Shown here piece by piece: positions 8,828 to 17,477 of a stretch of DNA of 64,000 nt. The translations under genes were made by a program, and so were the position numbers. How positions within the stretch are numbered: the first letter of the stretch is position 1; every line of letters begins with the position of its first letter. Origin of the DNA: an uncultured Verrucomicrobiae bacterium (lineage in GTDB: Bacteria; Verrucomicrobiota; Verrucomicrobiia; Limisphaerales; UBA11358). The stretch lies in the NCBI GenBank assembly GCA_963769285.1, contig CAVYLE010000007.1:526709-590708 (forward strand), read 5' to 3'. The notes below the pieces were generated by a model. That model had not been told where the DNA came from, made no database searches, and saw only the letters and a list, made by a program, of their open reading frames with translations.

Positions 8828-10525
8828 ATGACCAGGCGGATTTTTCAAGTAATGTTGGTCGCACTGCTGGCGACCGGCGCAAGGGCGCAAGCACAGGGCA
8901 TCTCCATCACCGTCATCCCCGCGCTGGCGCCGAATGCGTATGGGTCGCCCAACTGGAATGCCTGGGTTTCCAATGCCACCACCGCCATTATCAACGGCTA
9001 TTCGGCCTATGGCGACCCGTCGTCGCCGAGCTATTATCAGCAGGCGCCAGCGGTGATTTCGGTGACAAATGACATCGTGACCGGTTTTCCGTCGTGGAAC
9101 AGCGTGGCCAATCCGGGAGCGGTTTTCGGCGCGAATTATTCGCAGGAGCTGGGCAACCGGATTCAGTTCGGCATTGATATCAAGGGCGGAACGAACCTGA
9201 TTTCAATTTCGCAACTGTCGTTCAGCGCGCATTCCTCGGATACGAACAATTCGCTGGATTTCACCTTTGACGAGGGTTCGTACAATTACAGCGCGTCGTA
9301 TGTCGGGATTATCTACGGTCCGGGCGGCACCAATACTTACATCACCAGCGGCCCTCCGACGCAACTGGTGAACGAGATTGTCGGGCGCGGCTCGGGGAAT
9401 GCGTGGGACACTTATGACACGTCCGGCAACATCACCAGCCAGCAAAGCAACATTGACCTGCTGATTTCACAATTGGGCAACCAGCCGTTTAATTTTAGCG
9501 GGACCTACACGATTGCCGGCGTGGCCGGCTCGAATTCCGTAACGTTTAATCCGTTGATGACGAATTCCGGGCCGGTGTTGGAAGGCGGCATCAGCATCAC
9601 GGTTTACCCGGCGCTGGCACCGAACCGGTGGGGTTCACCCAGTTGGAACGCCTGGGCGTCCAACGCCGTGACCGCCATTTTGAACGGCTATTCCTCCTAC
9701 GGCGACCCGGTGTTGCCGACTTATTATCAGCAAATCACGAACGCGGTGCCGGTGACAAACAATCTGGTGACCAGTTTCCCGTCGTGGATGGGCGTGGCCG
9801 ATCCGGGAACGGTTTTTGGTCCGGCTTTCGCCAATGAGTCGGGCAACCGGCTGACGTTTGGCATGGACATCAAGGGCGGGACCAATCTCATCTCCATCGC
9901 GCAGTTGTCGTTCATCATGGCTTCGACGGACCCGGGCGACACGCTGAACTGGTCATATTTCCCCATTCCGTACTCGTATTCGGGATTGAACACGGGCAGC
10001 GCGGATCCGGTTTACCTGGGCATCATTTACGGTCCCAACGGCCAGAATACGTATGTGACCAACGGTCCGGCGACACAACTGGTCAACGAAATCGTCACCT
10101 GCGGTTCCGGCAACGCCTGGTGGCCGGACGGCACGTCTGCCGACAGCATTGCCGTCCAGCAGAGCAATATTCTGGCTTGCGCCGAGCAGGTCGGCGCTCA
10201 GACATTTTCCTTCACCGGGACTTATGTGATTGGCGAGGTGGTGGGAAGCACCGCAGTGACATTCAACCCCGTTGTACCACAAGCACCTTCATCCAGTGCG
10301 GAACCATTATTGTCCATCGCGCTGGTGGACCCGCCGTCCAGTCCGGCTTTGGACAACGCCTTCGTGTCGTGGCCGGCGGCGTCAGGATATGTACTGCAAA
10401 CCAACACGGACCTGACGACGGCCAACTGGGGCGATTACCTCGGAACGGTGGACAACAACAACGGGATAAACAGTGTGACGATGCACAAATCCAACGGCTC
10501 GTTGTTCTTCCGGTTAAGACGTTAG
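8828..10525 (+). CDS. Secreted protein with internal tandem duplication and C-terminal F[FY]RL module
   Basis: Has a signal peptide (MTRRIFQVMLVALLATGARAQA). Two units of about 250 aa start GISITV[IY]PALAPN..GSP.WNAW.SNA.TAI.NGYS.YGDP. The tail ends ...SLFFRLRR. Confidence 0.75.
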   Translation: MTRRIFQVMLVALLATGARAQAQGISITVIPALAPNAYGSPNWNAWVSNATTAIINGYSAYGDPSSPSYYQQAPAVISVTNDIVTGFPSWNSVANPGAVFGANYSQELGNRIQFGIDIKGGTNLISISQLSFSAHSSDTNNSLDFTFDEGSYNYSASYVGIIYGPGGTNTYITSGPPTQLVNEIVGRGSGNAWDTYDTSGNITSQQSNIDLLISQLGNQPFNFSGTYTIAGVAGSNSVTFNPLMTNSGPVLEGGISITVYPALAPNRWGSPSWNAWASNAVTAILNGYSSYGDPVLPTYYQQITNAVPVTNNLVTSFPSWMGVADPGTVFGPAFANESGNRLTFGMDIKGGTNLISIAQLSFIMASTDPGDTLNWSYFPIPYSYSGLNTGSADPVYLGIIYGPNGQNTYVTNGPATQLVNEIVTCGSGNAWWPDGTSADSIAVQQSNILACAEQVGAQTFSFTGTYVIGEVVGSTAVTFNPVVPQAPSSSAEPLLSIALVDPPSSPALDNAFVSWPAASGYVLQTNTDLTTANWGDYLGTVDNNNGINSVTMHKSNGSLFFRLRR

Positions 10526-10576
10526 CGCAAAGGCACAGCGCGGCAGAGCCGCAACAAAACCTTCCTTTTTTGACGA

Positions 10577-10608
10577 CAACCTTTTGTTGCATCTGCAACA
10601 AAAGGTTG
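10577..10608. other. Perfect 15-bp inverted repeat with 2-nt spacer
   Basis: caaccttttgttgca-tc-tgcaacaaaaggttg, about 50 nt after the stop of the 8828-10525 gene. No T-run follows, so it is not a textbook terminator. Confidence 0.5.
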
Positions 10609-10825
10609 CATGTCTCCTGGCAAGCCAAATTCGTGGGTAGATAGAAAAAACTTTGCACGATGATTCCGACCAATTGCACTGCAAAGGTTTTTAAAGATGT
10701 TCGCGTATTTCGAGTCTTTCGCGGTTTATATCCCGGCTTTCTCCTTCAACCTTTAGCCTTTCTTCTGGCTTTGCGCTCTTTGCAGTGCTATCTCGCTACA
10801 TCGTTACATTCCGCGAAGATTTTAC

Positions 10826-10917
10826 CGGAGCGCGGAATTTATTCCGCTTCGGCCAAGTACGTGTAAACCCACTTTGAAGTACATGCGGCCGGGGAAGCGG
10901 AATAAATTCCGCGCTCC
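10826..10917. repeat. Long REP-type hairpin built on gcggaat(t/a)tattccgc units
   Basis: The arms ccggagcgcggaatttattccgcttcggcc and ggccggggaagcggaataaattccgcgctcc are near-perfect reverse complements. It is flanked by an inverted pair of gcaaag(g/a)gcacagcgcggca(g/a)agccgcaac units at about 10527-10560 and 10921-10955. Confidence 0.7.
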
Positions 10918-10967
10918 TTTGGTTGCGGCTTTGCCGCGCTGTGCTCTTTGCGGTTCATCAGGCGGTT

Positions 10968-11267
10968 TTAACCCCTGCCTTTCTCGTCGAAATCTGACGG
11001 AGACGGAATGGATATGGCTGGACGCGGATTTTGGCGATGGCGCGATTCCATTTTTAGCTGCGCACACACGCAGTGGTAAGCGTTCAGATAAACCAAATCA
11101 TCTTCAGTCAGATCATTAAACCAGCGCAGGCGTCTGGCGGGTCCCGCTTTGCGGACGGCGAACAAAGGGCAATCGTCGGGGTTGGCCTGCTCCACCGGAC
11201 ACTGCTGGACCAGGCTCAAGAGATTGTCCCGCAGTGCCGTTTTTGGTTTTTCAGTCTTTGGATTCAT
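10968..11267 (-). CDS. Small hypothetical Cys-containing protein
   Basis: 99-aa ORF. The first 70 aa or so look protein-like (LLSLVQQCPVEQANPDDCPLFAVRK...LTEDDLVYLNAYHCVC). The tail runs into repeat sequence. Confidence 0.3.
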   Translation of the reverse strand: MNPKTEKPKTALRDNLLSLVQQCPVEQANPDDCPLFAVRKAGPARRLRWFNDLTEDDLVYLNAYHCVCAQLKMESRHRQNPRPAISIPSPSDFDEKGRG

Positions 11268-11563
11268 AGTTGGACAATGATCCAGGTTTTGGCCGCGCCT
11301 TGTCTGTCAGCGCCAAGCTAGGCCCGCCGCCGGGGTTCGTCAATGGCAACCGTATGGCCCGGAGATATTCAGCGAAGATGGAAGATCCATCGTCGCCAAG
11401 GCTGCGATGGACAGGTTGAGGATGGCGGTGGACCGGTGGGTGAGTTTTCGGGTTTCGGGCCTCGGCTTTCAGGACCCGTGTCAAAGCGTCTGGATTTTTT
11501 TTGATTTTGTGGTGTAATCTGTCAGGCTCCAATTGCGTCTGTGGATAATGACGATGAAATCTT

Positions 11564-12760
11564 ATGGGTTACCGGATGAAGTCATTGCTTAAAAGTGCTG
11601 TTTTACTCTGTGTGTTCGCTGGTGCGGCCCTGTCCGTGCGGGCACAGATGGCAGTGCCGCCCCCGACGCCAGTCTATCAACCGCTTTCCTATCAGCAGTT
11701 GGATCAGTTGCTGGGGCCGATTGCGCTGTATCCCGACCCGTTGATTGCCCAAATCCTGCCGGCATCCACCTTGCCCACGCAAATCGTGCTGGCCGACCGT
11801 TATGTCAGCGGCGGCGGCGACCCCAACCAGATTGACCAGCAGCCGTGGGACCCCAGCGTCCAGGCCCTGGCCCGGTATCCCAATGTTTTGAAATGGATGG
11901 ATGACAACTTGAATTGGACGACGGAATTGGGACAGGTTTTTCTCAATCAACAGCAGGAGGTGATGGAATCCATCCAACGGCTGCGCCAGTCGGCGGCCAA
12001 TTTCGGCAACCTGCAATCCACGCCGCAGGAACAAGTGATTAATGACGGCGGTTACATTGAAATTGTTCCGGCTGATCCGGAGGTCATTTATGTGCCCGTC
12101 TATCAACCGGACCTGGTTTTTTATCAAACTTGCTATGGCCCGCCCTTTATCACGTTCGGCATCGGCTTTCCGATTGGGTTGTGGCTGAATTGCGATTTTG
12201 ATTGGGGGAACTTCAATATCATTGTCTGGGGTCGCAACCATCCGCGTCCGCCCAATTGGTGGCATGAACCTCCACGTCAACGGGACACGGGTCACACGAC
12301 GATCTGGCGTTCCGGCAATCGTCCCGGCGCAGTCGGGATGAATCGCGGCGACCGGGGCTATAGTGTTCCCCATAATCAACCGGTGGTTAACCAACCCGTG
12401 GTTGCCACGGTAGGCCGGTCCGTGTCCGATGCAGCGGCACCGCGACGGACCCCGGCCCCGGCAGCCCGGCCGGAAGCGACGGCAACCCGGGCTTCAACGC
12501 CCGTCACCCGGCCCGCGCCGGCTCCAGTTGAATATGCTGCACCCGGCAGCCGGCCGGCATCCACCGGCGCGTTCATCGGCATCCAGAGTTCGCGCGACAC
12601 AAAAACGTATAGCGACCGTGGCCAGCAGAGCATGCAGACGATCACCCATTCTGCGCCGGTTTCACAGCCAGCACCGGTCTCGCGGCCAGCGCCGCCGATG
12701 CCCTCCGGAGGAGGAGGAGGCGGTGGCAGTCACAGTTCAAATTCCCAGCCAAGGCATTGA
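11564..12760 (+). CDS. DUF3300 domain protein (secreted, Pro/Gly-rich tail)
   Basis: Signal peptide followed by LDQLLGPIALYPDPLIAQILPASTLPTQIV and WDPSVQALARYPNVL, which is the DUF3300 signature as I recall it. Confidence 0.8.
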   Translation: MGYRMKSLLKSAVLLCVFAGAALSVRAQMAVPPPTPVYQPLSYQQLDQLLGPIALYPDPLIAQILPASTLPTQIVLADRYVSGGGDPNQIDQQPWDPSVQALARYPNVLKWMDDNLNWTTELGQVFLNQQQEVMESIQRLRQSAANFGNLQSTPQEQVINDGGYIEIVPADPEVIYVPVYQPDLVFYQTCYGPPFITFGIGFPIGLWLNCDFDWGNFNIIVWGRNHPRPPNWWHEPPRQRDTGHTTIWRSGNRPGAVGMNRGDRGYSVPHNQPVVNQPVVATVGRSVSDAAAPRRTPAPAARPEATATRASTPVTRPAPAPVEYAAPGSRPASTGAFIGIQSSRDTKTYSDRGQQSMQTITHSAPVSQPAPVSRPAPPMPSGGGGGGGSHSSNSQPRH

Positions 12761-12773
12761 ACCTTTCAACCCA

Positions 12774-13757
12774 ATGATTGCCACCAAAACATTGCCGCTG
12801 ATGAAACCCATTCGTCTTTCATGGTTGCGCCGGATTTTGTTTCTCGCGTCCGGTCCCGGCCTGGCTCTGCTGGCGCTGACGCTGCCGGCGTGCGCGCTGG
12901 CGGCGGAGGAACAGACCTTTGCTGCGCCGCAGGAAGCCGTCAACGCCCTGGTGGCGGCGGCCACAAATCATGACACCAATGCCCTGCATTCCATTTTTGG
13001 GCCGGCAGGACAGAAATTGATTTCGCCAGATGTTGTCCAGGCCACTGAGGAATACAAAATGTTTGTTCAGCACCTGACGGAAAAGACGCAGTTGATCAAC
13101 CATTCGGATTCCAACGTCACGCTGGAAATTGGCGCGGACGGCTGGCCGTTTCCCATTCCGCTGGTGAAACAAAACGGGCAATGGTTTTTCGATACCACCG
13201 CCGGCAAGGGCGAGATTCTCGCCCGCCGCGTTGGCATGAACGAGACGGGCGCGATCAATGTCTGCAACGCGTATGTGGAGGCGCAGCGCGAATATGCCGG
13301 CCAGGATCGCCTGGGGGACGGAGTGCTTGCCTACGCGCAGTTCCTGCGCAGCACGCCCGGCACCCACGACGGCCTTTTCTGGCCGACGAATCAACCCGGC
13401 GAGGAGTTGAGTCCCTTGGGACCGCTCGTCGCGCAGGCGCGCGTGGAAGGTTATCATCGCACGGCCAAAATGCTGAATGACGAGCTGGCGCCTTATCACG
13501 GCTACTATTTCAAAATCCTGACCCGCCAGGGAAAACACGCGCCGGGCGGCAAGTATAATTACATCATCAACGGCCGCATGATTGCCGGATTTGCCCTCGT
13601 CGCCTGGCCGGCCGAATGGGGCAACACGGGCGTGATGACATTCATCGTCAATCAACAAGGCAAGGTCCATCAAAAGAACCTCGGACCCCGGACCGCGAAA
13701 ATCGCCAAGGCCATCACCACTTATGACCCGGACGACACCTGGACTCCGGTGAAGTAG
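12774..13757 (+). CDS. DUF2950 domain protein (secreted)
   Basis: Start moved to MIATKTLPLMKPIRLSWLRRILFLASGP (signal-like). The long upstream part of the ORF overlaps the DUF3300 gene. Motifs such as GYYFKILTRQG and GFALVAWPAEWGNTGVMTFIVN fit DUF2950. Confidence 0.75.
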   Translation: MIATKTLPLMKPIRLSWLRRILFLASGPGLALLALTLPACALAAEEQTFAAPQEAVNALVAAATNHDTNALHSIFGPAGQKLISPDVVQATEEYKMFVQHLTEKTQLINHSDSNVTLEIGADGWPFPIPLVKQNGQWFFDTTAGKGEILARRVGMNETGAINVCNAYVEAQREYAGQDRLGDGVLAYAQFLRSTPGTHDGLFWPTNQPGEELSPLGPLVAQARVEGYHRTAKMLNDELAPYHGYYFKILTRQGKHAPGGKYNYIINGRMIAGFALVAWPAEWGNTGVMTFIVNQQGKVHQKNLGPRTAKIAKAITTYDPDDTWTPVK

Positions 13758-13948
13758 AACGGGAACCTCCCACCACACGACCGCACCAAAAATCGGGAAC
13801 ATTGAACTCTCTCCGGTCTTCGCGCGCTTCGCCCCGGCAAGACATTCAACCTCGAACGCCGAATTGAGAAAGTGGTGGACGGAGGACGAGCCCCGTTGGG
13901 CGCCAATGTTTCAGTTTGCCTTTTTCGCCGCAGCGAGAATCATCGGGC

Positions 13949-15268
13949 ATGACCAAATACATCTTGATGGTGTTGCTGTTTCTGGCGGCGCCGCTGCGCG
14001 CCCTGTCCGGAGACGGCGCGGCGCCGGCGTTCACGGAGACGCCCGCACAACATGAGGCGCGGCTGGCCTGGTGGCGCGAGGCGCGATTCGGCATGTTCAT
14101 TCATTGGGGGATTTATTCCATCCCCGGCCGCGGCGAATGGGTGCAATGGAAAGAGCAGATTCCGGTGGCGGAATACGCGAAGCTGGCCGACCAGTTCAAT
14201 CCCACCAATTTCAACCCCGGAGCGTGGGCCGATATCGCGAAGGCGGCGGGCATGAAATACATGGTGTTGACGACGCGGCATCACGATGGTTTTTGCCTGT
14301 TCAATGACCGGGGGAACCGTTTCACGAGCAAGAAAACGGCCGCCCATCGCGATTTCGTGGCGGAGTACGTGAAGGCCGTCCGTGAGGCGGGGTTGCGCGT
14401 GGGGTTTTATTATTCGCCGCTGGACTGGCGTTATCCGGGATTTTTCTTTCCCGACCTGCAATTGCAGAACGCGGAAGCGATGCGCACGCAATACCACCGC
14501 CAGGTGAAAGAATTGATGTCGAATTACGGCCAGATTGACGTGCTGTGGTTCGACGGCGGGGAGACGGACTGGCTGGGCTTCAACGGCGACTGGGTGTCCG
14601 GCGCACAGTGGCGGAAGCGGGCGCCCGGCCAGCATTACCAGGGGCGCTTCAGTTGGGAACACGAACAGGTGTATTCGATGCTCCGCCGGCTCCAGCCGCA
14701 AATCATCATCAACAACCGGGCTGATATGCCGGAGGATTTCCACTCGCGTGAGGGTGACCGGGCGTTGGGCGATTTCGACGCGGACCATCCGTGGGAGCTT
14801 TGCACCACGCTGGCCGGCGCGTGGGGCTGGCAGCCGGACAAACCGGTCAAGCCGTTGAAGGATTGCATCCAGTTGCTGGCCAAGGTGGCCGGGCGCGACG
14901 GCAACCTGCTGCTGAACGTCGGTCCGCGGCCGGACGGCACGATTGATCCGCCGCAGGCGGAGCGTCTGCGGGAAATCGGCGCCTGGCTCGGCCAATACGG
15001 GGCGAGCATCTACGGCACGCGCGGCGGTCCTTTTTTGCCGGGCGATTACGGCGTCTCAACGCATCGGGACAAAACTTTTTATGTGCACGTGCTGAATTGG
15101 CCGGAAGGGAAGCTGGTTCTGCCGGCGATTGCTCCGCGGATTGTCCGGGCCTCGGCTTTGACCGGCGGCGAGGCGGCGTTCATCCAGAACGAATCGGGCG
15201 TTGAAATTTCCGTTCCGCCCGCCAGCCGGAGCGACGTGGATACGATTGTGGTGTTGGAAACCGAATAA
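13949..15268 (+). CDS. Alpha-L-fucosidase, GH29
   Basis: FGMFIHWGIYSIPGRGEWV and MKYMVLTTRHHDGFCLF are GH29 signatures. Start moved to MTKYILMVLLFLAAPLRALSG (signal peptide). Confidence 0.9.
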   Translation: MTKYILMVLLFLAAPLRALSGDGAAPAFTETPAQHEARLAWWREARFGMFIHWGIYSIPGRGEWVQWKEQIPVAEYAKLADQFNPTNFNPGAWADIAKAAGMKYMVLTTRHHDGFCLFNDRGNRFTSKKTAAHRDFVAEYVKAVREAGLRVGFYYSPLDWRYPGFFFPDLQLQNAEAMRTQYHRQVKELMSNYGQIDVLWFDGGETDWLGFNGDWVSGAQWRKRAPGQHYQGRFSWEHEQVYSMLRRLQPQIIINNRADMPEDFHSREGDRALGDFDADHPWELCTTLAGAWGWQPDKPVKPLKDCIQLLAKVAGRDGNLLLNVGPRPDGTIDPPQAERLREIGAWLGQYGASIYGTRGGPFLPGDYGVSTHRDKTFYVHVLNWPEGKLVLPAIAPRIVRASALTGGEAAFIQNESGVEISVPPASRSDVDTIVVLETE

Positions 15269-15846
15269 GGTGGTTTCGAGAGTGGCGAGGGGACAGAAAA
15301 GCACCGTCCAGACCGGATTTAACCGCAGTGCAGAGAACACGTTTCCAACTTTGCGTTCTCTGCGGTTAAAAGTTTTCGCGGGTTTTGAGTGGGGAAAAGC
15401 GGCGTCATAGCCGCCGCACTCTCCAAGACGCTTCGCGGGGTTTGGCTTATTATTTGCGTCTCCGCGTTAAAATCCGTTTTCGCGCCTTTTTGCGGCACAA
15501 TATTTGTGACTATTCGTGCAGATCGGCAACGGCCAGTTCATGGTGCTCAGCTTCGGCGGGATGATTACACCGAATTGTAATATCAAACGCTGCGTAAAGC
15601 CGCGTGGCGTAGCTTTACGCTGGTATTTACTTGATTCGGGCCGGGCCGATGGCATCATACTGCTGACCCGCAACCAATAGAAGTATCAACATAAAAACAG
15701 TCGCAATCCATTTTGTTCTGGGCGGCATCGCCCTCGGCGCGGTCTTCGACGTTTCACCGGTCGTTGCGGCCCAAACCCGGACTCTGCGCGTCGTCACTTA
15801 TAACATTGAAGCGGACACCGGCGGTTACACCAATGCGCGGCCGGGT

Positions 15847-17079
15847 TTGATTGCCCCGCCCAGTAACACCACCAATGTGCAGGCCGGCGGGGTGCTCGAG
15901 GGGATTGGGGAAGAAATTCCGGGCAGCGACCCGGCCCGGCCGTTCGATGTGCTCGCCTTGCAGGAGACGACCAGCAATCCGATTACCGTCGCCCCAATCG
16001 TGAACGGCTTGAACTCGTTCTATAACACGCCTGGCATGTATGCGATGAGTTCTTATCAGGCTACGGAAAGCGGCGGCGACCCCACCAGCGGCAACGGCCC
16101 GAACGCACTGGTTTACAACACCAAGACCCTGCAACTGCTGGCCTCTGTCCCGGTGGATCCGACGGGCGGGACCAGCAAACTGGGTTCCAGCAGCGGCGAG
16201 TATCGCGAGGTGATGTGCTACGAGCTGGCGCCGGCCGGGATGACGCCCACGGCCACAAACGAGTTTTACATTTATGTGAGCCACTACAAAGCGAGCACGG
16301 GTTCCAAGAACGAGGGTTACCGTAACGACGAGGCCCAAATCATCCGCAATGACGAGACCCGTTTGCCAGCCAATGCCCGGGTGCTTTACGTGGGCGATTA
16401 CAACGTGGATAACAGCGGCGAGGCGATGTATCAGACGATTTTGTCCAACACCGCTCCGAACGGCGTTCAACAGGGACAGGGCATTGACCCGCTGAATCCC
16501 ACCAACAATCCAAACATCAACTGGAGCACCAGCACCACCGATACAAACATTCTCGTCATGCTTTCGGAATACGGTGATGAACTCGAATACCGCGACGATT
16601 TGCAGGTGATGACGACGAATGTTTATTACGGCACGACCAACGGGCTGGCGCTGGTTTCGGGGACATATCACGTGTTCGGCAACAACGGCAAAATACCTTA
16701 CCAAGGCAGCGTGAATTCCGGTTCCAACACCGCGCTGAACAATCGTCTCGTTACAAACGGGCCGGTTTTTATCAGCGCCTCACAACTTTACTTGGACCTC
16801 ACCACCGCGAGCGATCACCTGCCCGTGGTGGCCGATTACACCATCCCCATCACCGTGCCGGCGCCGGTGTTGCAATCGGTGACCGGAACCGGCGGCACGG
16901 TGAGATTCACCTGGAGCGCGGTGGTCAGCGCGGTCTATCAACTGCAATACCGCACGAATCTGGTCCAGGGCGACTGGAGCAATCTGGGAAGCGCCATTAC
17001 CGCGACCAACGCCGTCATGTCCGCTGCCGATACCATCGGGCCGGATCCGCAGCGGTTCTATCGTCTGCTGGTGCCGTGA
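15847..17079 (+). CDS. Endonuclease/exonuclease/phosphatase (EEP) family protein with C-terminal F[FY]RL module; N-terminus apparently broken
   Basis: SDHLPVVADY is the C-terminal EEP motif. The in-frame sequence upstream of the called TTG start (AAQTRTLRVVTYNIEAD) is clearly part of the protein but has no start codon (see finding). Confidence 0.8.
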   Translation: MIAPPSNTTNVQAGGVLEGIGEEIPGSDPARPFDVLALQETTSNPITVAPIVNGLNSFYNTPGMYAMSSYQATESGGDPTSGNGPNALVYNTKTLQLLASVPVDPTGGTSKLGSSSGEYREVMCYELAPAGMTPTATNEFYIYVSHYKASTGSKNEGYRNDEAQIIRNDETRLPANARVLYVGDYNVDNSGEAMYQTILSNTAPNGVQQGQGIDPLNPTNNPNINWSTSTTDTNILVMLSEYGDELEYRDDLQVMTTNVYYGTTNGLALVSGTYHVFGNNGKIPYQGSVNSGSNTALNNRLVTNGPVFISASQLYLDLTTASDHLPVVADYTIPITVPAPVLQSVTGTGGTVRFTWSAVVSAVYQLQYRTNLVQGDWSNLGSAITATNAVMSAADTIGPDPQRFYRLLVP

Positions 17080-17097
17080 GAATGGCGTCTGGCGTTT

Positions 17098-17212
17098 GGT
17101 GTACACGCTTTAGCGTGTCCCTACCGACCGTCTCCGATTGTGCCGGACACGCTGAAGCGTGGACACCAAACCGGGCGGGTACCAAACGTGCCGTGCCGGA
17201 GGCTGGCGCTCC
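17098..17212 (+). repeat. About 115-nt element built on a 22-bp inverted repeat, copy 1
   Basis: ggtgtacacgctttagcgtgtc (17098-17119) is matched by gacacgctgaagcgtggacacc (17146-17167). The shared tail is aaccgggcggg...gtgccgg...ggcgctcc. The homologous copy is at 20937-21057. Confidence 0.85.
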
Positions 17213-17477
17213 GATGCTGCCATCCTGCTCGTCCTCGTCCTCGTCCTCGGTTCTCCAAATTGTTTCGAGGACGATGGACGAATTACGCAGAGGGACGGAT
17301 ACGGCCAGTATTTTGGTGGGGCGAGGCTACTGACGAGCCGGCTCGCGGGGACGCTCGCCCCACCGAAATGGCAAATTGCGCCACCTGTCACCTGCCACTC
17401 GTCATCCGTCGCGCCTGATGGGATTGTAAAACGCCTCCAATCATGTTAGATTTAACCCCCACATCCAGCAGCACCCG

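Noticed and set aside
12429-12773. The long N-terminal extension of ORF 12429-13757 (and similarly 40997-41125, 35014-35214, 36080-36133, 7994-8083, 46571-46606, 25190-25237).
   Set aside because: The extensions overlap the preceding gene or repeat sequence and are Arg/Pro-rich. Internal starts give proper signal peptides or conserved N-termini.
13940-14995. Long antisense ORFs opposite well-supported genes. Examples are 13940-14995, 15754-16704, 17388-18956, 23051-24565, 37777-39096, 41300-42373, 42800-44029, 44030-44752, 45126-46172 and 36110-36829.
   Set aside because: These are typical high-GC shadow ORFs. Their translations are Arg/Ala/Gly/Pro/His-rich with no recognisable motifs, while the opposite strand carries clear family signatures.
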